A stretch of DNA of 64,000 nt from Desulfobacteraceae bacterium (lineage in GTDB: Bacteria > Desulfobacterota > Desulfobacteria > Desulfobacterales > JAABSP01), in contig JAABSP010000012.1 in NCBI GenBank assembly GCA_011390345.1, positions 7,846-71,845 on the forward strand. Direction: 5' to 3'. Both the position numbers and the translations under genes were made by a program. Positions within the stretch are counted from its first letter, which is position 1, and every line of letters begins with the position of its first letter. Positions 7,767-16,077 of this stretch are shown in pieces. The notes beneath the pieces are model-generated. The model did not search any database, had not been told where the DNA came from, and saw only the letters and a program-made list of their open reading frames with translations.

Positions 7767-8339
7767 TCAGGCGTGACCCGCGGTATCGGAGAGCAGGGCC
7801 GGATCGATGCCGATGCCCCGCATGGCCGCCTCCCAGCGGGCGTCGATATCGGTTTCGAAGATGATCTCTTCGAGCAATGGCCCCGTGAGCCAGGCATTCT
7901 CCCGGATCTCAGCCTCCAGTTGAGACGGCCCCCAACCCGCGCACCCCAGCGCGATGACCGCCGCAACCGGCCCCTCATCCCGGGCCACGGCCCGCAGAAG
8001 ATCCATGGTATTGCTCATGGCCAGCGCCGGAGTGATGGGGAGGCATCCCTCCCAGTGAAAGGGAGGCCCATGCAGGATAAAGATCTCGTTCATATGCACG
8101 GGCCCGCCGATATGGATCGGCAGTTGAGCGGATCTTTTCGTATATTCCAGTTTCAATTCCTCAAAGATGTTCTTGGCCGTCAGAGTCTCATGCTGTCGGT
8201 TGATCACGATGCCCACAGCCCCCTCTGCAGTGTGTTCGCACATGCAGGTGACGGTCTGGGAGAAATTGGGATCGGCCAGTCCCGGCATGGACATGAGGAA
8301 CTGCCCCTTGAGGGACTCAGGATTCGTCGGGTTTTCCAT
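7767..8339 (-). CDS. YqgE/AlgH family protein (UPF0301)
   Basis: LKGQFLMSMPGLADPNFSQTVTCMCEHTAEGAVGIVINR is the family-defining N-terminal block. Confidence 0.9.
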   Translation of the reverse strand: MENPTNPESLKGQFLMSMPGLADPNFSQTVTCMCEHTAEGAVGIVINRQHETLTAKNIFEELKLEYTKRSAQLPIHIGGPVHMNEIFILHGPPFHWEGCLPITPALAMSNTMDLLRAVARDEGPVAAVIALGCAGWGPSQLEAEIRENAWLTGPLLEEIIFETDIDARWEAAMRGIGIDPALLSDTAGHA

Positions 8340-8434
8340 ATCACCTCCCGTAAGCTCGATGGTCTCCTATCTGGAATATCAACCTACGTATATCTTTTAT
8401 TTTTGTCAAGAAAACAAAGACCCGAGGGATTGAA

Positions 8435-9787
8435 ATGAAGCCCCTTCTTCAGATGCATGAGGATGCAGAGGAAATCTTTGCCGCTGCACTGGCTGGGATA
8501 AATCCCGAACATGCGGTGAGGCGCCGTTGCCAGCGGGAAAAGGATCAACTGATCCTCGGGGAGAGGACCTATGATCTCGCCCAATATGAGAACATCTATC
8601 TGCTGGCCGCGGGCAAGGCCGCGGTTCCAATGGCCGGGGCCGGAGCTTCGCTTCTGGATGACCGGTTGACAAAAGGAGTTGTTGTCACCAAATACGGCCA
8701 TACCGAAAAGAGCGATCTCCTCCCCGATTCCCTTGAACTGATCGAGGCCGGACACCCGGTTCCCGATGAAAAGAGCCGCGAAGGAGCGGAAACCCTGCTG
8801 AAACTCGCCTGTGAGGCAAAGGAGAAGGATCTGATTCTCTGCTTGATATCCGGGGGCGGATCTGCGCTCCTTTCCGCGCCCGCGCAGGGGCTGACGGTTC
8901 AAGAAAAGGGAAAGGCCGCAGATGCCCTTCTCTCCTCCGGGGCTTCCATCCATGAGATGAATGCGGTCAGGAAACATCTCTCCGCCATCAAAGGGGGGAG
9001 GCTGGCAAAGGCCGCACATCCCGCGACCCTGATCTGTCTGATCCTGTCGGATGTGGTAGGTGATGACCTCGATGTAATCGCATCGGGCCCCACGGTTCCG
9101 GATGGAAGCTGTTTTTCCGACGCGTTGGAGATCATCGAGCGGTACAATATTGAAGATCGGCTTCCGGCATCGGTGATGGATCATCTGAGATCCGGAGAGA
9201 AGGGAGATCCGGAGGAGACACCCAAAGCGGGAGATGGGCTCTTTTCCAAAACCCAGAACCAAATCATTGCAAATAATCTTTCTGCGGTAAAAGCCGCGCA
9301 GGAAAAGGCCCAAGCCTTGGGATATCGAACCCTTATCCTCACCTCCATGCTACAGGGGGAGACCCGGCAGGTGGCCCGGGTCCATGCCGCGATCGCCAAA
9401 GAGATATTGAAAACCGGCCATCCCATCGAGCCTCCGGCCTGCATCCTCTCCGGCGGCGAGACTACCGTAACCCTGACCGGAGAGGGCAAGGGGGGAAGAA
9501 ATCAGGAGTTTGCCCTTGCCGGGGCCATCGATCTCGCTGGACTGGATCATGTGGTATTATTGAGCGCAGGAACCGACGGAACCGACGGCCCTACCGATGC
9601 GGCCGGAGCCCGCGCGGACGGCCATACGATGGACCGAGCCCGAAAATTGAACCTCGATCCCAGAAGGGCATTGAAAAATAACGACGCGTATCCTTTTTTT
9701 AAAACACTCGATGATCTGCTGATCACCGGCCCCACGCATACCAATGTCATGGATCTGCAAATCCTACTCGTTCGAAAAGCGGATTAA
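8435..9787 (+). CDS. glycerate 2-kinase / hydroxypyruvate reductase family protein (DUF4147 + MOFRL domains)
   Basis: The pattern AAGKAA...SGGGSALL...LSDVVGDDLDVIASGPT...LSGGETTV...GGRNQE...GTDGTDGPTDAAGA matches the TtuD/GckA type. Confidence 0.85.
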   Translation: MKPLLQMHEDAEEIFAAALAGINPEHAVRRRCQREKDQLILGERTYDLAQYENIYLLAAGKAAVPMAGAGASLLDDRLTKGVVVTKYGHTEKSDLLPDSLELIEAGHPVPDEKSREGAETLLKLACEAKEKDLILCLISGGGSALLSAPAQGLTVQEKGKAADALLSSGASIHEMNAVRKHLSAIKGGRLAKAAHPATLICLILSDVVGDDLDVIASGPTVPDGSCFSDALEIIERYNIEDRLPASVMDHLRSGEKGDPEETPKAGDGLFSKTQNQIIANNLSAVKAAQEKAQALGYRTLILTSMLQGETRQVARVHAAIAKEILKTGHPIEPPACILSGGETTVTLTGEGKGGRNQEFALAGAIDLAGLDHVVLLSAGTDGTDGPTDAAGARADGHTMDRARKLNLDPRRALKNNDAYPFFKTLDDLLITGPTHTNVMDLQILLVRKAD

Positions 9788-9817
9788 AACGAAGAATTGG
9801 AAGGAAAGAACTGACAG

Positions 9818-10705
9818 ATGAATTTTTCACCAATAAAACTGGATCAGGAGGCTGAATACCGGAAGTTTCTCGACCGGTGTCCGGAGATCACCTCCGACTA
9901 CAGCTTTGTCAATCTCTGGGGATGGGCAAAGGAGTACGGCCTGGGTTGGGCATGGACCGACAACCTCATTTGGATAAGGCAGGAGGAGCCGGAGCCGCTT
10001 TTATGGGCGCCCGTCGGCTCATGGAACGAAGTGGAGTGGCCCCGGGAACTTGAAGATCTGGAAGTATCTCTCTCCTTCACCCGCATCCCGGAAACCCTTC
10101 TGGCGGTCTGGGAGAAGAATTTCCCGGGAAAACTTCGGGTCTCGGATGCCCGGGATCAGTGGGATTATCTCTATGAGACCAAGGACTTGATCAATCTCAG
10201 CGGCAACCGGTTTCACAAGAAGAAGAACCTGTTGAACCAGTTTCTGAAAAAGTACGAGTTCGAGTATATCCCCCTGAGCGGGGAGGCGGTCTATCAGGCC
10301 CTGAACCTGCAGCAGGAGTGGTGCGAATGGCGGGACTGTGAGGAAACCGACACGCTGGCTGCGGAGAACCGCGTCATCGAGCGCATTCTCACCTCATGGA
10401 AAGATTTTTCCGGACTCAACGGCGGCGCGATCCTGGCCGACGGCCGGATGGTGGCCTACACAGTGGGGGAGATGGTCACGCCGGAGATGCTGCTGATCCA
10501 CTTCGAGAAAGGCTGTCCCGGCTACAAGGGAATCTATCAGGCCGTCAACCAGATGTATGTGGAGAGGACTTTGCAGGAGAATCCGCACCCCTTCTCCCAG
10601 GTCAACCGGGAGCCTGACTTAGGGGACGAGGGGCTGAGAAAGGCGAAGCTCTCCTACAATCCGGTTGAATTTATGAAGAAATACCGGGTACGGATCGAGC
10701 GGTAA
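9818..10705 (+). CDS. DUF2156 domain protein (lysyl-phosphatidylglycerol synthase C-terminal-like acyltransferase fold)
   Basis: SDYSFVNLWGWAKEY...FHKKKNLLNQFLKKY...REPDLGDEGLRKAKLSYNP is a pattern I recognise from DUF2156 proteins. This is family-level only. Confidence 0.7.
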   Translation: MNFSPIKLDQEAEYRKFLDRCPEITSDYSFVNLWGWAKEYGLGWAWTDNLIWIRQEEPEPLLWAPVGSWNEVEWPRELEDLEVSLSFTRIPETLLAVWEKNFPGKLRVSDARDQWDYLYETKDLINLSGNRFHKKKNLLNQFLKKYEFEYIPLSGEAVYQALNLQQEWCEWRDCEETDTLAAENRVIERILTSWKDFSGLNGGAILADGRMVAYTVGEMVTPEMLLIHFEKGCPGYKGIYQAVNQMYVERTLQENPHPFSQVNREPDLGDEGLRKAKLSYNPVEFMKKYRVRIER

Positions 10706-10726
10706 GAATCATTGCTCCGAATCCCC

Positions 10727-11110
10727 TCAAACCAGATGAACGTCATACTGCCTGATCAATTCATCATTCGTGATGATGATCATATTTTCAGCAACTGCCT
10801 GGGCGATCAGTATCCGATCAAAGGGGTCTTTATGATGCATGGGTAGTTTGAACACCGTCAGCGCATGTTCGGTTGTAATATCCAGAGACTGGATATCGTT
10901 CAAGACAAGTTGTTTCCGAACGAAGTCAACAACCGACTCCGGAAGGATCAATTTTCCGATCTGAGCTTTTATGGCCATTTCCCATGCGCTGGCGGCGCTC
11001 AAAAACAGGTTTTCGTCTGTTTCGCCCAGCAGCAGCCGGGTTTCTTTATCCAATTTCGGATTGTCCAGAACCCACCACAGGAAGATATGAGTATCCAAGA
11101 GATAGCTCAT
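10727..11110 (-). CDS. vapC: type II toxin VapC (PIN domain ribonuclease)
   Basis: YLLDTHIFLWW...SAASAWEMAIK...DPFDRILIAQA...IITND contains the PIN acidic residues. It overlaps the upstream antitoxin gene by 4 nt. Confidence 0.9.
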   Translation of the reverse strand: MSYLLDTHIFLWWVLDNPKLDKETRLLLGETDENLFLSAASAWEMAIKAQIGKLILPESVVDFVRKQLVLNDIQSLDITTEHALTVFKLPMHHKDPFDRILIAQAVAENMIIITNDELIRQYDVHLV

Positions 11111-11355
11111 TTATAGAATTCCGCCAGCATCTCATCATCCAGGGGCTCTTCAAAATCATCCGCCATCCAGATCATTCCCTTTGCTGAACCGGGCTTCCGC
11201 TTTTTCTTAACGCTTTTTTTCCTGTCTTCATCCGATTCGACCAAAACAATGATTTCAACGTCTTTTCCGATCATCGTTTTCGGTATCGGCAAATTCAGGA
11301 CTTCCGAATCAATATGTGCTTTGATTTTTAGCGCTTCCATATTAAAATTCTCCAA
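11107..11355 (-). CDS. type II antitoxin (DUF2281-like) paired with VapC
   Basis: 82 aa with the C-terminal motif WMADDFEEPLDDEMLAEFY typical of DUF2281 antitoxins. It is translationally coupled to vapC. GC content is locally lower. Confidence 0.7.
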   Translation of the reverse strand: MENFNMEALKIKAHIDSEVLNLPIPKTMIGKDVEIIVLVESDEDRKKSVKKKRKPGSAKGMIWMADDFEEPLDDEMLAEFYK

Positions 11356-11415
11356 TCGACATCGAAGTTTATCTCTGAAAGCGGCTCACGCTGACCCCGC
11401 CATATCCGATGACAA

Positions 11416-12939
11416 TCAGAGGCCGATAAAAGAGCGCACCGTGATGATCGGCTTCCGCAGGATCTGCATTCCCAGGATGGTGGAATCGCCGTAGATCTTG
11501 GCAGATCCCTTCTGCCCCGGCTGCACTTCGGGCGGATCTCCCACCCAGACTGCCTCGGCCATCACCGACGGGATCTGATCTTCGGAAACCATAACATCGA
11601 AACCGAGACGGGTGATCACCGCGGGAATGGTCCGGAGCGGATCGCTGTCGAGCCGTACCCCCACCCGGGCCCCCTCCTTTAAAAAGCCGACATCACTGGC
11701 CGGGACCATGATCCGTACCTTGGTCTTATCCGGTTCCGCAACGCTCATAACAGCCTGTCCGGTCTGCAGGGCCGCGCCGATGATGGCATCGGGATCATCC
11801 AGTACGATGACCCCGGGATTTACGGTCTTTACCTCGGCCCGGGCCCGCTGACGGGCAAAAAACTCCACATCGGCCTCGGCCCGTTCCACTTCGAGCCGCT
11901 GGACCGGCAACTCTGCCCGGGCCTCCCGATCCCGATGCGCCGCACCCTCCAGTTTGGCCAGCTTTGCACGGGCAACCGCCACATTTCGATACGCCTCGTC
12001 CAGGCGCTTGTCCAACACCCGGGCATCATACCGGAAGAGCACGGTATCCTTTGCCACCCGCTGCCCCGGCTGCACCAGAAGCTCCTTCAGGATGCCGTCC
12101 ATGGGCGCGAAGATGTAATGGGGCCGATCCGGAACCGCGCGCAGAGGCGCGGTGACGCTGGAGGTGACCGGAAGCGCCAGCACCAGCAGCAGAACAAGGC
12201 CGGCCACAGATCGAATGATCCGCTTCCGGGAGCGGAGAGCCGCGCTTCTGGGCCGTGCCAATCCATGCCCCATGAAGAGCGCGGCATGGCGCAGCAGCTC
12301 CACATCGAGGCTGTCATCCCAGCGAAGCCCTCGCCATCGCTCCAGCCAGAGCGCATAAGCGGGCGGAATCTTTCCGTCCCTGTCGAGCCAGAGGGGAAGC
12401 CAGAGGATACCGGTCCCGCCCATGGCCGACTGAACTTTCTGGATCGGACCCTCCTGAGCCGGAGGGAGAATCATCGGCTCCTGCCGGTCTCCGTAGGCAT
12501 CCCGGGCCGCATCGATGGCATCGGCAAAACCACTGTCCTGAGCGGCCTGTCCCCCGCCTGTGACGGCCGCGATGGGCGACTTTCCGGAAAGGCGGACCAG
12601 CACGGCTCGATCGACCCGGGTGATCTCGGCCACCCGGTTGACCACAAGGGCCGCAGCCTCCTGAGGCATCGGCGCGGAGAGGATCGAGGTGCAGACCCTG
12701 AGAAAGCGCGCCAGCACCATATCACTGCCGGCGGGCCGGGCCCTGGGCGGCTGTTGCTGTTCCCCGCTGTTTCCGGCCCCGGGCGGCAGCGGCTGTTCTC
12801 CTCTGTTCCAGGCTCCCGTCGGCTGGGGCTTCGAAATCCCCTTTCCCGGGTCCTGCGGCTGTTCCGCGCCGTTCAGAGATCCATTCAGGTTCCGTGCCGC
12901 GCTCGAATCGAATCCGATTTTAGCCCCGGGTTTAGCCAT
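11416..12939 (-). CDS. HlyD-family membrane-fusion protein with ~230-aa cytoplasmic GAF-like N-terminal domain
   Basis: A Pro/Gln-rich disordered start is followed by a GAF-like block (LARFLRVCTSILSAPMPQEAAALVVNRVAEITRVDRAVLVRL...). A single TM follows (IIRSVAGLVLLLVLALPV). Next come lipoyl, coiled-coil and beta-barrel HlyD features (PMDGILKELLVQPGQRVAKDTVLFRYD...). The ATG overlaps the stop of the upstream HlyD gene. Confidence 0.8.
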   Translation of the reverse strand: MAKPGAKIGFDSSAARNLNGSLNGAEQPQDPGKGISKPQPTGAWNRGEQPLPPGAGNSGEQQQPPRARPAGSDMVLARFLRVCTSILSAPMPQEAAALVVNRVAEITRVDRAVLVRLSGKSPIAAVTGGGQAAQDSGFADAIDAARDAYGDRQEPMILPPAQEGPIQKVQSAMGGTGILWLPLWLDRDGKIPPAYALWLERWRGLRWDDSLDVELLRHAALFMGHGLARPRSAALRSRKRIIRSVAGLVLLLVLALPVTSSVTAPLRAVPDRPHYIFAPMDGILKELLVQPGQRVAKDTVLFRYDARVLDKRLDEAYRNVAVARAKLAKLEGAAHRDREARAELPVQRLEVERAEADVEFFARQRARAEVKTVNPGVIVLDDPDAIIGAALQTGQAVMSVAEPDKTKVRIMVPASDVGFLKEGARVGVRLDSDPLRTIPAVITRLGFDVMVSEDQIPSVMAEAVWVGDPPEVQPGQKGSAKIYGDSTILGMQILRKPIITVRSFIGL

Positions 12940-13726
12940 TGATCCGCACCTCCCCCTTCATCCCCGGCAGGAGTTCATTCCCCGGAGATTCCAGGGTCCA
13001 GATCACCTGAGCCGTATTGCTCAATTCATCCACTTCAGGGACCACCGCATCCACAATTCCGGCGATCGTCGCATCCAGATCATTGACATAGAAGCTGTGG
13101 CGATCCCCCTTTTTCAACTGCACCGCCAGCCAGGAGGGGATATTGCCCACTGCCCGAATCCGGGTCGGCGAGATGAGATCGACCACGGGCTGGCCAATGG
13201 TCACCCACTCATGGGGTTGAACATGACGCCGGACCACAACCCCGTCAAAGGGGGCATAGATCAACGAGTTCCCGATCTGGCGCTTTAAAATCTCGATATC
13301 GGTCCGCACCACATCCCGCTGCATCCGAACCTCAGCCAGATCCTCGTTGGTGGCAAGCCCCTTCTGATTTAGCCGCTCCAGATTGCTCACCTTCACATTG
13401 AGATGCCGCAGGGAGAGTTCGCTCCGCTTCTTCTGCAGCGCCAGCTCCCCGGTATCCACCTGCGCGATGAGGTTTCCCTTTTTAATCGGGCTTCCGGCCT
13501 CGTATTTCAGGCTGGTCAGCACCCCGGCCCGCTCCGCGGAGAGAACGGCCCGATCCAAGGCCTCGAAGATGACCGGAAAGGCATCCCCGCCAGAGGATGC
13601 CGAATAGCCCTCCTGAAAGACCCCTTCCGGAATATTCCCGGACTGTGCCAAGACCCTTTCCGGCATCATGCCGGCGCAAAGAGAAGCCGCCAGTCCCACC
13701 GCAACAACCGCGAGACAGAAGCGCAT
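12932..13726 (-). CDS. HlyD / RND-adaptor-type periplasmic membrane-fusion protein
   Basis: MRFCLAVVAVGLAASLCAGMM is a signal or anchor. Further features are ...GSPIKKGNLIAQVD..coiled coil..IYAPFDGVVVRRHVQPHEWVTIGQPVVDLI. I chose the start at 13726. The track start at 13867 overlaps the upstream gene by 115 nt. Confidence 0.8.
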   Translation of the reverse strand: MRFCLAVVAVGLAASLCAGMMPERVLAQSGNIPEGVFQEGYSASSGGDAFPVIFEALDRAVLSAERAGVLTSLKYEAGSPIKKGNLIAQVDTGELALQKKRSELSLRHLNVKVSNLERLNQKGLATNEDLAEVRMQRDVVRTDIEILKRQIGNSLIYAPFDGVVVRRHVQPHEWVTIGQPVVDLISPTRIRAVGNIPSWLAVQLKKGDRHSFYVNDLDATIAGIVDAVVPEVDELSNTAQVIWTLESPGNELLPGMKGEVRING

Positions 13727-13752
13727 CCATCCATATCCAACAATCCTGTCGA

Positions 13753-15960
13753 TCAAAACAGTCCTCTTTCCGTCAGATGTTTCCAAATAGTTTCGATGGC
13801 CCCTGTCAGAATGGGGCGGCTCTCCCGGGGGAGCCAGATCCAGCCGGGCATGCCGTGGGGCAGCCATTTGGGGCTCCGGTCCACCTCGAAAAGAAATGTG
13901 AAGTAGGCATCCTTGGGCCGAAGGCCCCGGGTGTCTGAAACGGAGATCATAGACCCGCCGGCCGCGTCGAGGAGGCTCTCATTGGGCAGATAATAGACCG
14001 GAAAGAGGCTTTTCTCCCGGAGCCGGCCGGTGATGGCCGGCGCCTTGGACGCGCCAAAGCGGATCTTTGCCGACTCCCCCACTGCCGCAGATACGCCCTG
14101 AACCAGCCGCTCGTGCACATAGGCCCGCACCTCCCGAACCTCCGGATCGGCAACGGTGAAAAGATAGGTTTCCCTGTTGACATAGGCGTTCTTGTAGAGA
14201 TCCGGGTTGACATCGGTGATGCGGCCATCTGCAGGCGAACGGATCTCCAGAAGGCTCTGGGCCTGGGTCAGCTTCTCCAGCACGGCCATCAGACGATTCT
14301 CCTCCTCCAGCAGCCAGTTCCGGTAGGCTCCCTGCTCTCCCCCGCCGCCAAGACTCTGGAGTGTGGCCCGCACCGAAGCCAGATCGAATCTCGCCCCCTC
14401 CACCTCATGGCGCAGGGTTCCGCTCTGAATCCGGATGATGAGGTCGCCTTTTCGCACCGACTTTCCCGGTTCCGGCAGCGACATAACGATCCTTCCGGCC
14501 GAGGGCGCATCGAGTCGGTTGGCGCCCTCGTAGAGGAGCAGGCTTGGCAGGTGAGTGTATCGGGGCAGCGGAATCAGAAGCAACAGGATCAGGGTCAGCA
14601 GAACTCCGCCTGTGATTGCTGCTCTTTTCCGGGAACCGATCTTTTTCCGCTCCCGCACCACCGATTTGATCTCGAAATAGAGTGGCCGGATAAAAAAGAT
14701 CCAGATCTCCACCCCCAGGATGAGAAGCCCCAGCGCGGGAAAGAAGAGATAATAGACCGCAATGGCGATGGCAAGGCCGATGAAGAGCCGATAGAGCAGC
14801 GCCAAAAACCCATAGAAGATCATCCAGTTCCGATTCGGATGGATCTCCGGGGCAGGTTCTTTCCATCCCAGCAGGCGCTGCCGGGTCCAGTGGCGCAGCA
14901 TGGCAAATGCCCGGGGTCTGAGATTGTCGATCCCCCATGCGTCCATGAGCAGATAATAGCCGTCGTAGCGCATGAACGGGTTGAGATTGATGAATACCGA
15001 TGAGACCAGGGAAGTGCCGGAGAGAAAGAACATGAGGCTTTTCAGGATGCCGTCCGGCAGCAGTGCCCAGTAGAGAAGCGCGAGCCCCGCGACCACCAGT
15101 TCGAAGAGTACCCCGGCAGCGCTGATCCACATCCGGCGTCTCCGGTCCGGGATCTTCCACGCATCGGTGGTGTCGGTGTAGAGCAGGGGCCAGAGTACGA
15201 TAAAGAAGATCCCCATGCTCGGCACATGGAGGCCCATTGCTTTTGCCGTATAGGCGTGCGCGAACTCGTGTCCGATCTTCAGGGTCACAAGGCAGAGAAT
15301 AAAGGCAAATGCGCCCTGTGGAGTGAAGAGGTAGTTGATGGTCCCCAGATAGAGTTCGATCTCCGGCAGGGTCAGGGCAAGGCCCAGTATTCCGCAGATC
15401 AGGTAGAACCATCGGGCCGCGGGGGACCAAAGGGGCTTCACCCAGGGAAGGGTCTTTGCGAGAAAGCGGTCTGGCCGGATAAGCGGAACCTGAAAGAAGA
15501 TGGTCCCCTGGAGGATCTTCCGCAGAAAAGGGGGCGCTGTCCCCTCCCCTGCCGACTCCCGCCTGACCGCCTCGTCCGGCGGTATCCGGGCAAGAGACTC
15601 CCGCTGCAGCATCCCGATGAAGGAGAGGATCTCCTGTGGAGTGGGCCGAAGACCCGTGGTGGTGTAGAGGTTGGCCGCGGCCTTGTCCAGATCCGGCTCC
15701 ACCGAGAGGCGGTAGATCAGCTCCCCCTCCACGAATCCCAGCCGGAAATTGTTCCCTCTCACCGGGTCTTCCAGCACCCAGGAGCGCTGGCCGTCATGTT
15801 CGATTGGGCCCGGGTGGAGGATCAGATCGGGCCGAAGCCCATACCACGGGGTTTTTAAAAAATCCTTTAAGCTGTTGCCGCCATTCTGATCCGGTTTCAG
15901 GTTCTGCTGCGAATCCGGGGCTGTATTGGCCGCATTCGGCTGTCGGTTCTGCTCTTCCAT
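13753..15960 (-). CDS. peptidase M50 (site-2-protease-like) membrane domain fused to a C-terminal HlyD-type membrane-fusion domain
   Basis: The HExxH motif sits in a TM helix (LKIGHEFAHAYTAKAMG) and multiple TM helices follow. The motif NLNPFMRYDGYYLLMD is also present. The C-terminal ~270 aa are HlyD-like (GDLIIRIQS..., coiled coil, ...IRSPADGRITDVN...). The N-terminal ~190 aa are soluble. Confidence 0.85.
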   Translation of the reverse strand: MEEQNRQPNAANTAPDSQQNLKPDQNGGNSLKDFLKTPWYGLRPDLILHPGPIEHDGQRSWVLEDPVRGNNFRLGFVEGELIYRLSVEPDLDKAAANLYTTTGLRPTPQEILSFIGMLQRESLARIPPDEAVRRESAGEGTAPPFLRKILQGTIFFQVPLIRPDRFLAKTLPWVKPLWSPAARWFYLICGILGLALTLPEIELYLGTINYLFTPQGAFAFILCLVTLKIGHEFAHAYTAKAMGLHVPSMGIFFIVLWPLLYTDTTDAWKIPDRRRRMWISAAGVLFELVVAGLALLYWALLPDGILKSLMFFLSGTSLVSSVFINLNPFMRYDGYYLLMDAWGIDNLRPRAFAMLRHWTRQRLLGWKEPAPEIHPNRNWMIFYGFLALLYRLFIGLAIAIAVYYLFFPALGLLILGVEIWIFFIRPLYFEIKSVVRERKKIGSRKRAAITGGVLLTLILLLLIPLPRYTHLPSLLLYEGANRLDAPSAGRIVMSLPEPGKSVRKGDLIIRIQSGTLRHEVEGARFDLASVRATLQSLGGGGEQGAYRNWLLEEENRLMAVLEKLTQAQSLLEIRSPADGRITDVNPDLYKNAYVNRETYLFTVADPEVREVRAYVHERLVQGVSAAVGESAKIRFGASKAPAITGRLREKSLFPVYYLPNESLLDAAGGSMISVSDTRGLRPKDAYFTFLFEVDRSPKWLPHGMPGWIWLPRESRPILTGAIETIWKHLTERGLF

Positions 15961-15964
15961 ATCT

Positions 15965-16000
15965 TTAAAAAAGGCTGAACCGCTGAGTTCAGCGGTTCAG
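15965..16000 (-). terminator. intrinsic-terminator-like hairpin between giant cargo gene and M50-HlyD gene
   Basis: Perfect 12-bp inverted repeat CTGAACCGCTGA/TCAGCGGTTCAG (15975..16000) with 2 central nt. On the minus strand it is followed by CCTTTTTTAAAGAT and then the ATG at 15960. Confidence 0.55.
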
Positions 16001-16077
16001 TCATATCATCATTTTTCAGGGTAAAGGGTACTGGGAGATCAGGAGTCGATTCCAACTGCCCGTTCGATCATTGGGCA

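Noticed and set aside
12932-13867. Track start at 13867 for the middle HlyD gene (311 aa), and similar 5' extensions for hisA (1540), the ClC channel (36079), Uma2 copy 2 (49343), moaC (49438), yejB (27493) and yggS (58511)
   Set aside because: The extended starts overlap upstream genes by tens of nt or add non-conserved residues. Internal starts give canonical N-termini (signal peptide, [16 protein letters not shown] and so on), usually with an RBS or with start/stop overlap.
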